Assembly: GCA_029099845.1 (NCBI GenBank)
Contig: JAQXOT010000024.1
Span: forward strand, 5,729 to 69,728
Length of the DNA: 64,000 nucleotides
Direction of reading: 5' to 3'
Source of the DNA: a bacterium
GTDB taxonomy: Bacteria > Bacillota_I > Bacilli_A > RF39 > UBA660
Shown here one piece after another: positions 36,596 through 46,684 of the stretch (the stretch's first letter is position 1; each line of letters begins with the position of its first letter). Below the pieces are notes generated by a model. That model made no database searches, was not told the origin of the DNA, and was given only the letters and a program-made list of their open reading frames with translations. Made by a program: the position numbers and the translations under genes.

Positions 36596-37822
36596 ATGGA
36601 AAAACCTCTAGCATTAAAATTAGCACCCACCAAACTAGATGAAGTTATAGGTCAACAGCATCTAATTGGTGAGGGAAAAATTTTAACTAATCTAGTAAAA
36701 AATAAAAAACTATTTTCAATGATTTTATATGGTAAACCTGGTATTGGAAAAACTAGTATTGCTAATGCCCTAGCTAATGAATTAGGTTTAAAACATCGCT
36801 TTTTAAATGCTACTATAAATACTAAAAAAGATATTGATATTGTTATTGAAGAAGCTAAAATGTATGGTGGTATGGTTCTAATCATGGATGAAATTCACAG
36901 GCTTCACAAAGATAAACAAGATATTTTATTGCCTCAACTTGAAAGTGGTTTAATAACTTTAATTGGTATGACAACTTCTAATCCATATCATTCTATAAAT
37001 CCCGCTATTAGAAGTAGATGTCAACTATTTGAACTTCAGCCATTAGAAACAGTAGATATTATATCAGGGCTAAAAATAGCCATAAAACACCCAGATTTAG
37101 CTGGTATTAAGATAGACGATAAAAGTATTGAACTGATAGCAAAACTCTCTGGAAACGACTTAAGATATGCTTATAACTTATTAGAAATAGCCTACTACTC
37201 CACTGACGATAAAACAATCACCGAAGAAAAAATTAGAAAAATTAACAATAAGCCTGTCTTCTTTGCTGATAAAGATGGTGATGGGCACTATGATGCTTTA
37301 AGCGGCCTACAAAAATCTATTAGAGGCAGTGATATCGATGCGTCCCTTCATTACTTAGCTAGACTAATAACTGAAGGTGATTTAGAATCAATATATCGTA
37401 GATTAAGCGTTATTGCCTATGAAGATATTGGCCTAGCTAATCCCTCAATTGGTCCTAGAGTAGATGCTGCTATTAATGCCTCAGAAAGAGTTGGTCTACC
37501 TGAAGCAAGAATTCCCCTAGGAACAATAGTAGCCGAAATGGCTCTATCACCAAAAAGTAATACCGCCCATATTGCCCTAGATAAAGCCCTAGCAGATATA
37601 GAAAATGGAAATGTTGGTACAATCCCTAGCCACATAAAAACCGATTCCCCAGACTATAAATATCCCCATGATTACCCAGGTTCATATGTCGTTCAACAAT
37701 ATTTACCAGATAAAATCAAAAATAAAAAATATTATAGTCCAAAAGATATCGGTTATGAAAAACAATTAAAAGATATTTATGAAAAATTAGAAAAAATAAA
37801 AAAACAAAATTCTATTAAATAA
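36596..37822 (+). CDS. rarA: replication-associated recombination protein A (AAA+ ATPase)
   Basis: Start taken at MEKPLALKLAPTKLDEVIGQQHL; Walker A GKPGIGKTS, Walker B VLIMDEIHR, conserved C-terminal MgsA domain (HYDALSGLQKSIRGSD). Confidence 0.85.
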   Translation: MEKPLALKLAPTKLDEVIGQQHLIGEGKILTNLVKNKKLFSMILYGKPGIGKTSIANALANELGLKHRFLNATINTKKDIDIVIEEAKMYGGMVLIMDEIHRLHKDKQDILLPQLESGLITLIGMTTSNPYHSINPAIRSRCQLFELQPLETVDIISGLKIAIKHPDLAGIKIDDKSIELIAKLSGNDLRYAYNLLEIAYYSTDDKTITEEKIRKINNKPVFFADKDGDGHYDALSGLQKSIRGSDIDASLHYLARLITEGDLESIYRRLSVIAYEDIGLANPSIGPRVDAAINASERVGLPEARIPLGTIVAEMALSPKSNTAHIALDKALADIENGNVGTIPSHIKTDSPDYKYPHDYPGSYVVQQYLPDKIKNKKYYSPKDIGYEKQLKDIYEKLEKIKKQNSIK

Positions 37823-37891
37823 TTATTAAACTAAAAAAGAAAAGAATTAGAGTATTACAAATAGTAATTAAATCTAAAACTTTTCTTTTTA

Positions 37892-38827
37892 TTATATATT
37901 TAATATAAATAACTGTAATAATAAATTAGGATCACTATTAGTAGTTTTTATTTTTAAATCAATATCACTAAGCTTAATAATTAAATTAAGTATCTCTTGC
38001 TCCGTATAATATTTTGTTAACTCCTTAGTCTTAGTAATCCGATATTCTTTAGCATTAAGTATTTTTGCTATATCACTAGTTCTTGTGTTTTTTCTTTCTA
38101 AAACCATAACTTGGTACATAATTCTAAATTGACTAGCTAAAAGTCCAATTAAACTAAGTGGTTCAACATTATAATCTAAAATATTTTGATATAATGTTAA
38201 AGCTTCTCTTTTATCTTTTAAAGCGAGGGCCCTAACAAATGAAAAAGTTAAATCTGTAGGATCCCCCATTTTTTTTACAACAAGATCCAATACATCACTT
38301 TTATTAATCGCTTTATCCATATATTTATATGTCTTTAATTTAGAACATTCACTTTGTATTTTGGTAAAATCTCCTAAACAAGCTTCATTAATCATATTAA
38401 TAACACCTATTTCAAGCTTATACCCCTTAAGTTCATCTTTTATATAAGAAACAGGATCAAGTTCAGTATTAATAGCCACTAAATTTTTCTTTAGTTCTTT
38501 TAAATACTTATTATCTTTAACAACAAACTTATTTGTTACAATAATTAAAATATTTTCAAAAACTTCACTCTTTACATATTTAACTAGTCTTTCCAAATTA
38601 ATTGTATCAGTAAGTTCCACTTCTAAAAAGTTAGTAATAACTATCACTTTTTTATTAGTTAATAATCCATATGTATCTAAATCTTCCAAGGCCTTATCTA
38701 ACGTTACTTCTTGCATATCATAGTAGTTAATCGTCGCATCTAAGAAGTTATTTTCTTTTAGAATTTTCTCTATTGTTAACTGAACGACTGCAAAATCAGC
38801 ATTTTCTATTAAATAATTATGCTTCAT
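37892..38827 (-). CDS. holA: DNA polymerase III subunit delta
   Basis: 311 aa; overall HolA-like pattern (N-terminal clamp-loader fold region, C-terminal LSDIDLKIKT). Start overlaps the alaS stop by 11 nt. Assignment is less certain than its neighbours. Confidence 0.6.
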   Translation of the reverse strand: MKHNYLIENADFAVVQLTIEKILKENNFLDATINYYDMQEVTLDKALEDLDTYGLLTNKKVIVITNFLEVELTDTINLERLVKYVKSEVFENILIIVTNKFVVKDNKYLKELKKNLVAINTELDPVSYIKDELKGYKLEIGVINMINEACLGDFTKIQSECSKLKTYKYMDKAINKSDVLDLVVKKMGDPTDLTFSFVRALALKDKREALTLYQNILDYNVEPLSLIGLLASQFRIMYQVMVLERKNTRTSDIAKILNAKEYRITKTKELTKYYTEQEILNLIIKLSDIDLKIKTTNSDPNLLLQLFILNI

Positions 38828-41507
38828 TTTTTAATACTTTCTCAACATGTTCAAAAATTTCTTTTAATTTAAGTGTTGATTTTCCTCCACCTTGAGCAAA
38901 TGTTGGACTACCGCCACCATTACCATTAGATGCAATACTCGCATCTTTAACAAGTAAACCAGCATTAGCATGACAATTACTACGAGCAACAAAATTAACT
39001 GTGCCATCATTTTTCGTATTAGCAAAGAATACTAATCCTTTTTCCATTACTTGAATTAAATTATCTGCAATAGCTTTTAATAAATTACTATCTTTATTAG
39101 AAACTTCCATAACAATACCCAAAGTACCATTATAATCTTTAATATTTTCCTTATAAATATCTAAATTTTGTAATGCTTTTTGTTCCCTTAAATCAGTATA
39201 CTTTTTCTCTAAATCTTTAACCTCTTGTTGAATATAACCGAGCTCATTTTTATTAAATATAATATCTTTATATGAACATGGTTTGCTATTATCAATAGTA
39301 ACATCAAAATTTAAAATAATACCATTATTTTTAGCTTCATCCAAAATATTTCTAGCCTTCATTAATAACTTAATCATTTCATCGTTATATGGCTTAATAA
39401 CATCAAATAAAACACTTTCAGTTTTAACCCCTGTTACTGCCTCAATTCGATATACATTACTACCTTTAGATTCACAAGAATAAATAGCAAAATTTTTAAT
39501 CTCCCTTGTATTTGTAGTATGTGTACCACCACATAATTCCATAGATTTACCAATTTTCACAACTCTAACCATACTACCATATTTTTCATTAAATAGTGCC
39601 ATAGCGCCTAATTGCTTTGCTTTATCAATTGGCATAACTTCTGTAGAAACTAATAAATTCTCACTAATCATATTTTTAGCAAATTGTTCAACTTCTAATA
39701 ACTTATCATCTGTCATTTTACCAGAATAAGTAAAATCAAATCTTAGTTTTTCATCATCAACATAACTACCTGCTTGCTTAATACTAGATGAAACAACTTG
39801 TTGTAGTGAATACTGTAGAATATGAACGCATGAATGGTTAACCTCAATTCTATTTCTACGATCTTTATCTACAACAAGTTCGCATTCATCTCCAATAGAA
39901 ATAATACCATCCAATAACTTAACCTTATGAATATTCTGGCCATTAGGTCCCTTAAATACATCTAAAACTCGTGCTTTAAAGTTTTTTCCAACAATCATTC
40001 CCGTATCACTAACTTGTCCACCAGCTTCCGCATAAAAGCATGTTCTCTTAAGTGCAATATAGCAATCGTGATTTGAACTTTCAACAATTTCATCCTTAGA
40101 AAAAATAGCTAAAACATCTGTTTTTAATCGGTAAATGCCATAAACAAACTGATCTTTTTCAGTAAAATCTAACAGTACCTTTTTTTGGCTTGCCATAGAA
40201 GCTTTATTTTTAGCATTCTTTTTTGCTAATTCTCTTTGCATTGTCATATATTTATCAAATTCTTGACGTGAAACAGTATAACCCCATTCATGTAAATATT
40301 CTAAAGTTAGTTCAAATGGGAAACCATAAGTATCATATAATTTAAATGCGTCTTCACCACTAATTGTTCCATCAACAGCATCTTTTACTAACTCTTTTAA
40401 TCTACGTTCTCCAGCTTCAAGAGTTTTTAAGAATAACTTTTCTTCTTCTAAAACTAAAGCTTCAACAATTGGTCTTTTAGCTACCAAATATGGATAAGCC
40501 TCTTTCATCACATCAACAACATCACTAACAAGCTTATACATAAAGGCACCTTCTAAGCCCAATTGCTTACCAAAGCGTACACTTCTTCTAAGAAGTCTTC
40601 TTAATACATAACCTCTACCAACGTTTTCAAAACAAGCACCATCGGCTAAAGCAAAGGTTATTGATCTAATATGATCCGCTATAATTTTATACTCTCTTTG
40701 GCCATTATAACTAAATCCTGTAAGCTCACTAATATGTTTGATAATTGGTTTAAATAAATCAGTATCAAAATTACTATCTACGCCTTGAAATATAGCACAC
40801 CATCTTTCCAAACCAGCACCAGTATCAATATTTTTACTTGGTAATTCCTGATAATCGCATCTTTCAACGCCTTCTTTAGAATTAAATTGGCTAAAAACAT
40901 TATTCCAAATTTCTACATAGCGATATTGATCTTCATCATTTTTAAATTTTTCAAAAGCTAGTCCATCAGGATCATACTTTTCTCCACGATCATAAAAGAT
41001 TTCTGAATCAGGTCCACAAGGCCCTTCACCAATTTCCCAAAAATTGCCTTCTAACGGAATAATATGACTAGGATCTAATCCTACTTCAATCCATCTTTTT
41101 TTAGCTTGTGCATCTAAAGTATAAACTGTTACATATAACTTATTAGGATCTACTCCAAAATATTCTGGGCTAGTAAGTAGTTCAAAAGAATAAGCAATTG
41201 CTTCATCTTTAAAATAATCTCCTACTGAAAAATTTCCCATCATCTCAAAAAAAGTATGATGTGTAGCATCTCCAACATTTTCTATATCATTTGTTCTAAT
41301 ACATTTCTGAATACTCATAAGTCTTCTAGACTCTGGTACTTCCGTCCCATCAAAATACTTCTTAAGTGGAGTAACTCCTGCATTAACCCATAGTAGACTA
41401 TCATCATTTATTGGAACTAATGGTGCACTTTCAAATAATTTATGACCTTTCTTTTCAAAAAATTTAAACCATGTATTACGTATTTCATCATGACTCATAT
41501 ACTTCAT
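38817..41507 (-). CDS. alaS: alanine--tRNA ligase
   Basis: 896 aa; MKYMSHDEIRNTWFKFFEKKGH N-terminus, class II motifs, editing-domain HxxxH/CGGTH zinc site (HSCVHILQ..CGGTHT), C-terminal DHHA1 region. Confidence 0.95.
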   Translation of the reverse strand: MKYMSHDEIRNTWFKFFEKKGHKLFESAPLVPINDDSLLWVNAGVTPLKKYFDGTEVPESRRLMSIQKCIRTNDIENVGDATHHTFFEMMGNFSVGDYFKDEAIAYSFELLTSPEYFGVDPNKLYVTVYTLDAQAKKRWIEVGLDPSHIIPLEGNFWEIGEGPCGPDSEIFYDRGEKYDPDGLAFEKFKNDEDQYRYVEIWNNVFSQFNSKEGVERCDYQELPSKNIDTGAGLERWCAIFQGVDSNFDTDLFKPIIKHISELTGFSYNGQREYKIIADHIRSITFALADGACFENVGRGYVLRRLLRRSVRFGKQLGLEGAFMYKLVSDVVDVMKEAYPYLVAKRPIVEALVLEEEKLFLKTLEAGERRLKELVKDAVDGTISGEDAFKLYDTYGFPFELTLEYLHEWGYTVSRQEFDKYMTMQRELAKKNAKNKASMASQKKVLLDFTEKDQFVYGIYRLKTDVLAIFSKDEIVESSNHDCYIALKRTCFYAEAGGQVSDTGMIVGKNFKARVLDVFKGPNGQNIHKVKLLDGIISIGDECELVVDKDRRNRIEVNHSCVHILQYSLQQVVSSSIKQAGSYVDDEKLRFDFTYSGKMTDDKLLEVEQFAKNMISENLLVSTEVMPIDKAKQLGAMALFNEKYGSMVRVVKIGKSMELCGGTHTTNTREIKNFAIYSCESKGSNVYRIEAVTGVKTESVLFDVIKPYNDEMIKLLMKARNILDEAKNNGIILNFDVTIDNSKPCSYKDIIFNKNELGYIQQEVKDLEKKYTDLREQKALQNLDIYKENIKDYNGTLGIVMEVSNKDSNLLKAIADNLIQVMEKGLVFFANTKNDGTVNFVARSNCHANAGLLVKDASIASNGNGGGSPTFAQGGGKSTLKLKEIFEHVEKVLKNEA

Positions 41508-41508
41508 T

Positions 41509-42075
41509 TTACATCTCTCCTTCTTGCTCTATACTGTTTAATATATCCCCTATTCTTTTTTTATAATCTGAAATATTTCCATTATTTAAAACATAATAAT
41601 CACTGAAAGCAATTGGCCCACCTTTAGCTAAATTCTCAATTTCAGAAATATCTCTATAAATAACGTCCTCTTTTTTTAATGGTCTTTCTTTTCTAATGGC
41701 TACTCTCTCATACCTTATATTCTTATCAGCAATAATAGCAATTAATTTCAAGCGATTACCAACTTTATCCTGCAAAAACTTATACTCATCCCAAGAATAC
41801 AATCCATCTAGAACTACATCAGTCTTCTCTAAAGATGTTAAAATATCCGGTAAAAGTAATTTGGCATAACATTCTTTTCCATATTTTTGACGTAGACTTT
41901 CCCGAAATTCTTTCTCACTTCTTCCATCAGGAGTAACTTCAATTTTTGCTTCTTTCATCAATTTATAAGTAAGGCCCCCAAAATATATTTTTTTAAAGCC
42001 TAGACTTTCTAAATAATCCGTCGCTACACTTTTACCAGAACCAGCCATTCCAACAATTGCAATTAGTTTTTTCAT
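41509..42075 (-). CDS. P-loop nucleotide kinase-like protein (UPF0200 / dephospho-CoA-kinase-like)
   Basis: Walker A IVGMAGSGKSV; VVLDGLYSWDEY and RYERV..R segments resemble archaeal-type UPF0200 small kinases (from memory); 1 nt separates its stop from the alaS ATG. Confidence 0.55.
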   Translation of the reverse strand: MKKLIAIVGMAGSGKSVATDYLESLGFKKIYFGGLTYKLMKEAKIEVTPDGRSEKEFRESLRQKYGKECYAKLLLPDILTSLEKTDVVLDGLYSWDEYKFLQDKVGNRLKLIAIIADKNIRYERVAIRKERPLKKEDVIYRDISEIENLAKGGPIAFSDYYVLNNGNISDYKKRIGDILNSIEQEGEM

Positions 42076-42078
42076 TGG

Positions 42079-42618
42079 CTATTTACCCTCCTCAAGTTCC
42101 ACTATCCTTCTTGCATCTTTAACCATAGCCTCAAAACTATCATTTTCTATTTCATAATCGTATTTGTCATAATCAAAAAGCTCTGTTTCTGTAACATGAT
42201 TTTTCTCTTCCTCAGTAAGTCCATTATCAAAATTACTACGACTGATCTTAATTATTACAACATCATCGAATCTTTTTCTAAATTCTTCAAATTCCATGAT
42301 TAATCTTGCATCAGTAATAATAAAAGCATCAAAGAAATTACTAAGTATTTCAATATCTTCACATGTCCTATCAATTAAAAAATAAGGCTTATGCATTTTT
42401 TCCTTTATAATTTCAATTCCCATTTTTTGTAAAAATTCACGTGGTTTTTCATCAGCATTTTCATTCCATGAAAAATAGTTTCTAGCATATGAGTATAAAG
42501 TTTCTGTAATATGCATTACACAAGGCTTATACCCATAATTTTTTAATTCTTCCCTTAAATATTTACCGAACGTATTTTTACCGCTTTTTGCTGCTCCCCC
42601 AATAACAAATATCTTCAT
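42079..42618 (-). CDS. P-loop kinase-like protein (phage T4 gp1 dNMP-kinase-like loop)
   Basis: MKIFVIGGAAKSGKNTFGKYL resembles the GxxxSGKDT loop of dNMP kinases; AGGAGGAAAT RBS directly after the T-box terminator. Confidence 0.5.
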   Translation of the reverse strand: MKIFVIGGAAKSGKNTFGKYLREELKNYGYKPCVMHITETLYSYARNYFSWNENADEKPREFLQKMGIEIIKEKMHKPYFLIDRTCEDIEILSNFFDAFIITDARLIMEFEEFRKRFDDVVIIKISRSNFDNGLTEEEKNHVTETELFDYDKYDYEIENDSFEAMVKDARRIVELEEGK

Positions 42619-42810
42619 ATTTCCTCCTATACAAATAAAAGACCATGATAGGAGGACAAAAGTCCGGTACCATCCTATCTGGTCTTAATTTTTAATAACG
42701 GCTATACCGATAAAACTCCTAAAGGAGCTTCCTAAAATTTTATTATTAGTTCACACCAATCACTAACTCTCTTTAAATATAAATTTTAGTACTAATCTTT
42801 AATCATCGTT
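42619..42810 (-). promoter_or_regulatory. T-box riboswitch leader, Ala specifier (GCU), with intrinsic terminator
   Basis: Stem I on the minus strand: base TTAAAG/CTTTAG. Specifier loop has ATTAGTA on the 5' side and GAA-GCT-C on the 3' side (GCT = plus 42726-42728). Upper stem CTAAAATTT/AAATTTTAG. AGAGAG box (42767-42772) and distal TTGGTGTGAA loop. T-box sequence AGGATGGTACCGGA (42663-42676). Terminator AGACCA-G-ATAGGA...TCCTAT-CA-TGGTCT followed by TTTTATTT (42630-42686). Confidence 0.8.
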
Positions 42811-43977
42811 TTATTCAATTTCAGTTTTTGTAATCATCTCAGTAATATGTAACTTCTCATTAATAAATGTACATACTACCTTTATACAAGCAATAGCAGG
42901 TGTTGCTATAACCATTCCTATAATACCAAAGAAATGTTGAAAAATCAAGAGACCAATCATAATCGTTACTGGATGTAATTTCATTGTATGTCCCATAATT
43001 AATGGTTGATAAAAATTGTTTTCTAATAACTGAACAACAACAATTGATACTATACATAAAATTCCCGTAAGTGGCGATTGAGTAAATCCAACAATAACAG
43101 CAGGTATTGCCCCAATATAAGGACCAAAATAAGGAATAACATCAGTTAATGCACAAAATAACGCAAAAATAAGAGGCGCTTTAATTCCCGCTAAAGTAAG
43201 GCCAATACTTTGCGTTATAAAAACTAAAAGCATAATAAGTAAAATTCCTTGGACATAATCACGCAATGATGAATTAATGCGAGAACCTAACTCTTGATAA
43301 TTCTTTCTCCAAGAAATAGGCATGTTATTGATTAAAGCATCATTAATTTTATTAAAATCAAATAGCATATAAAAACCAATCATTAAACCTAAAACAGCAC
43401 TTAATCCCCCATTAAATAGTCCTTTACCAACGCTTAAAAGTAAATTAGGTAAATTTGTAGTTAAGTCAGAAGCAAATCCTTCAAGCAATGAATAAATCTT
43501 ATTTTCAATAGCCTTTGCATCAGCACCATTCTGTCCAAAAAAGTCAAATACTTTATTAGCAAAACCCTTTAAATCATTAAATATATCTGGAATAGTACCA
43601 ACAAAGTCACTAATTTGTTCCACAAATATTGGAACAAATGAATAAACAAATATAAACAACACTAATAACAACAATAAATATACCAAAATGCAGCCAACAA
43701 TTCTTGGAATTTTTTTACTTTGTAGCCAAGAAACAATTGGATCAAATAACCAAGCCACAACAATTCCTATAAATATTGGTGAAATAACCGCTAATAATTC
43801 ACCCAAATAATGTAAAATCTTCCACTCACGTAGCAAATAAGTTCCAAGTAAAATTAAAACAACAATCGTAACTACATAAATAATATGCATCAATCTTTTA
43901 CCAATTTGTAATATTTCATTTAAACTTGCAACATCAATGTTTTTATCTTTACTTCCCTTGTTTCTATTAAAAAACAT
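42811..43977 (-). CDS. AI-2E family transporter (PerM/UPF0118)
   Basis: 388 aa, ~8 TM helices, conserved C-terminal PLIMGHTMKLHPV..GMVIATP region typical of AI-2E/UPF0118 permeases. Confidence 0.8.
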   Translation of the reverse strand: MFFNRNKGSKDKNIDVASLNEILQIGKRLMHIIYVVTIVVLILLGTYLLREWKILHYLGELLAVISPIFIGIVVAWLFDPIVSWLQSKKIPRIVGCILVYLLLLLVLFIFVYSFVPIFVEQISDFVGTIPDIFNDLKGFANKVFDFFGQNGADAKAIENKIYSLLEGFASDLTTNLPNLLLSVGKGLFNGGLSAVLGLMIGFYMLFDFNKINDALINNMPISWRKNYQELGSRINSSLRDYVQGILLIMLLVFITQSIGLTLAGIKAPLIFALFCALTDVIPYFGPYIGAIPAVIVGFTQSPLTGILCIVSIVVVQLLENNFYQPLIMGHTMKLHPVTIMIGLLIFQHFFGIIGMVIATPAIACIKVVCTFINEKLHITEMITKTEIE

Positions 43978-44058
43978 AACTATTTCCTCCTAACATGAAT
44001 TATAACACTAAATATAGAAATAATCTACAAAATAAAGTATAATAATCTTGGTGATATT

Positions 44059-44640
44059 ATGAAAACTGTTTTAGAAAAAAAAACGCATGAAATAGAAATT
44101 AAAAATTCACGTTTTATTACCATATTATACCCTATAACAGAACAAACTAATATTTTAAATATTATTGAAGATACTAAAAAACTATATCCTAAAGCCAATC
44201 ACTATTGTTTTGCCTATTTAACTGATACTAAACAAAAATCAAGTGATGATGGAGAACCCAGTGGTACAGCAGGTATTCCTATGCTAAATGTTTTAATAAA
44301 AGAAAAATTAATTAATACCTTAGCTATAACTATTAGATACTTTGGAGGAATCAAACTAGGTGCAGGCGGTCTAGTAAGAGCTTATACAAAATCAGTAAAA
44401 GAAGCATTAACAGTCTCCCAAATAATAGAAGTAGAAAAAGGTTATCACATAAATATTACTATTCCCTATAGTGAACAGAAAAACCTAGATTATCTCTTAA
44501 AAGATAGCCAAATTATAAATAAAAATTACCAAGAAGCAGTAAACTACGAAGTACTAATAAATAAAAAGCTTCTACCCAGCTTAAAAAACTATACCTACAA
44601 AATAACTTCTGAAGAATATATAAGAGCCCTTAAAGACTAA
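44059..44640 (+). CDS. yigZ: YigZ / IMPACT-family protein (UPF0029)
   Basis: KNSRFITILYP, HYCFAYL, DDGEPSGTAGIPML and IRYFGGIKLGAGGLVRAY motifs. Confidence 0.8.
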   Translation: MKTVLEKKTHEIEIKNSRFITILYPITEQTNILNIIEDTKKLYPKANHYCFAYLTDTKQKSSDDGEPSGTAGIPMLNVLIKEKLINTLAITIRYFGGIKLGAGGLVRAYTKSVKEALTVSQIIEVEKGYHINITIPYSEQKNLDYLLKDSQIINKNYQEAVNYEVLINKKLLPSLKNYTYKITSEEYIRALKD

Positions 44641-44665
44641 TTTAAGGACTCTTTTTTAATAAAAA

Positions 44666-46600
44666 TTAATTTTGTTTTAAAACACGCTGTTTTACTTGGT
44701 CAATATTATTTCGCATTAAAACAACAAAATTAACTTCCTCATCGGTTAATCTATATTGAGATATCTTTCTTAATTTTTCCTCATCATCAATAACATCCCA
44801 TGAAACCGTTAAATTTTTAAGTAAGACTCGTCTTTTGTAAAGCTCGCTATCTCTGCCAAGTAATACTCCCTCATTAAACTTTAATGGAATAAAAAAAGCT
44901 TCTTCAATATCATCAGAATCTAACTGATAATTTAAAATTTTATTGATCCGCTTATTAGGATCCTTTTCAAAGCCAACATCACATAACTGAAATTTATTAA
45001 CAGCATCAGTATAAGAAAAAAAAGCATTCCTAATAACCGAAAACTCCTCCTGATTTAATTCATAATATTGTATTAACTCTTCCATCTTTGCCACAAGTTT
45101 AGTATCCATATCTATAAATTGCTTAGAACATATTTCTTGATAAAACTCTACATAATCAAGATAAATTTCTTCTAAGTATTGATACTTATTTTTACTAAAT
45201 TTATTAAAACTAGCTTTTTTAAAAGCCTCTTCTAAAGATATTATATTAGCACTCATATCAGCCAGAATATTAGTTGAATTAAATCCAATAAACGTAATCA
45301 TATGTTTAATTAAAACTTCATTACCATATTTTACATATATCCAATTTGCGGGCTTTTTCAAATTTGTATTAACCTCAATAATAGCCCGATTAAATAAAGA
45401 CTCAAAACTTTCGGTACTATCAGTATTAATTTTTAATTTCAAAACCCTTAATAAAACTTCATAATTATAATCATTTTCTAAACAAAATTCTAAAAGTGAC
45501 ATCTTATCTCGATATATAACCTCATCTTGTTTATTATGTTTTTTCTTATCTTTTCTATTTAAAAGTTTTACTAAACTCATAAAATCAATATTAAAAATAT
45601 GTAACAAATTATCTAAAGTATTTTCTCTTTCTTCATCCTTTTTCCTTTTTTCTTCTTTCTCTTTTTTTAAAGAATTAATTTTAATTGTCTTATTTATATT
45701 ACCATCAAGTTTTCGGTATAATTTTACAAAATAATTAAAATCAACCCCAACTTCTTCTGCCACCTCTTGCAATGTTTTTGTTTTTAAAGAAGTAAAGTTA
45801 AAGCCCATTTCCTCTAAAATTTGATACCTATTTTTTAATAACTCGCTTCCATAATTACGAGTAATATCTCCATTCTTATAATGGCAATAACTATAGCGCA
45901 TTTTACTTAAAAACTCACCTATTTTTAAATTTTCTCCCGCAAAAGTTACAACAAAGTTTGCCTTAATATCATTAATTGTTCCATACTTTTCATAATAATA
46001 TTTCAAATACTCTATATATAAATCTCGTTTTTCAGCAGGCTTTTTAATATCACCATTTTCATCTACAAGAAGTTTTTTCTTTGGCGTCCAATCAAAACCC
46101 ATTTCATCTAATAAACAATACCGTTCAACAAATATTTCACTAAAAGCATATCGTTTAGGTTCTCCTTTAATATAATATGCATGCCTTTCTCGTAAGGCTT
46201 TTAAATAACTCCCTATCTTTAAAATTTTCCCGTTAAAATTAACAACCGTTTTATATCCAATATCATTAATCGTCCCATGAGAAGAATAATAGTTTCTTAA
46301 AAATAAAATTTCATCTTCATTTTTAACATCTTCCATTGTCTTAAAAGATCTTTCTTGCCAATCATAGCCCATCTCATCTAAAGCTTTATATCTACTTATT
46401 GAAAGCTTACTATCATATCCATTGACTTTTCTCTCACTACCTAAATAAGCTTTATGTCTATTCCGCATATTCTTTAAAAATTCATAAACACAAAGCCTTC
46501 GTCCTTCAAACATAACTTCAAATTTATATGGTATATTATTAATCGTTCCATGTTCTGCATAATATTTTCTTAAAAAACGTATAAAAATATCTTCTTCCAT
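44666..46600 (-). CDS. protein with three helicase-associated (HA) domain repeats and an unassigned C-terminal half
   Basis: Start at MEEDIF (GGGGTG RBS). Three ~95-aa repeats of the pattern FLRxYYxxHGTINxI..(x)..LKIGxxL..R......RYxxLxEMGFxW, matching the HA-domain consensus; the following ~350 aa has no recognisable motif. Confidence 0.6.
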   Translation of the reverse strand: MEEDIFIRFLRKYYAEHGTINNIPYKFEVMFEGRRLCVYEFLKNMRNRHKAYLGSERKVNGYDSKLSISRYKALDEMGYDWQERSFKTMEDVKNEDEILFLRNYYSSHGTINDIGYKTVVNFNGKILKIGSYLKALRERHAYYIKGEPKRYAFSEIFVERYCLLDEMGFDWTPKKKLLVDENGDIKKPAEKRDLYIEYLKYYYEKYGTINDIKANFVVTFAGENLKIGEFLSKMRYSYCHYKNGDITRNYGSELLKNRYQILEEMGFNFTSLKTKTLQEVAEEVGVDFNYFVKLYRKLDGNINKTIKINSLKKEKEEKRKKDEERENTLDNLLHIFNIDFMSLVKLLNRKDKKKHNKQDEVIYRDKMSLLEFCLENDYNYEVLLRVLKLKINTDSTESFESLFNRAIIEVNTNLKKPANWIYVKYGNEVLIKHMITFIGFNSTNILADMSANIISLEEAFKKASFNKFSKNKYQYLEEIYLDYVEFYQEICSKQFIDMDTKLVAKMEELIQYYELNQEEFSVIRNAFFSYTDAVNKFQLCDVGFEKDPNKRINKILNYQLDSDDIEEAFFIPLKFNEGVLLGRDSELYKRRVLLKNLTVSWDVIDDEEKLRKISQYRLTDEEVNFVVLMRNNIDQVKQRVLKQN

Positions 46601-46654
46601 CCTACACCCCATAAAATATGCCTAAATTATACCACAAACTAAAATCAAAGTAAA

Positions 46655-46680
46655 CAAAAAAGAACTATATAAGTTCCTCT
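46655..46680 (-). terminator. rho-independent terminator after sigE
   Basis: Minus strand GAACT-TATAT-AGTTC followed by TTTTTTG. Confidence 0.5.
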
Positions 46681-46684
46681 TATT

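Noticed and set aside
42860-43057. 65-aa ORF nested in the AI-2E transporter gene on the same strand in another frame; similar nested ORFs at 50976..51173, 51292..51543, 51655..51882, 61985..62203 and 62319..62516.
   Set aside because: Each is nested in or antisense to a longer, motif-supported gene, and none has an independent translation signal.
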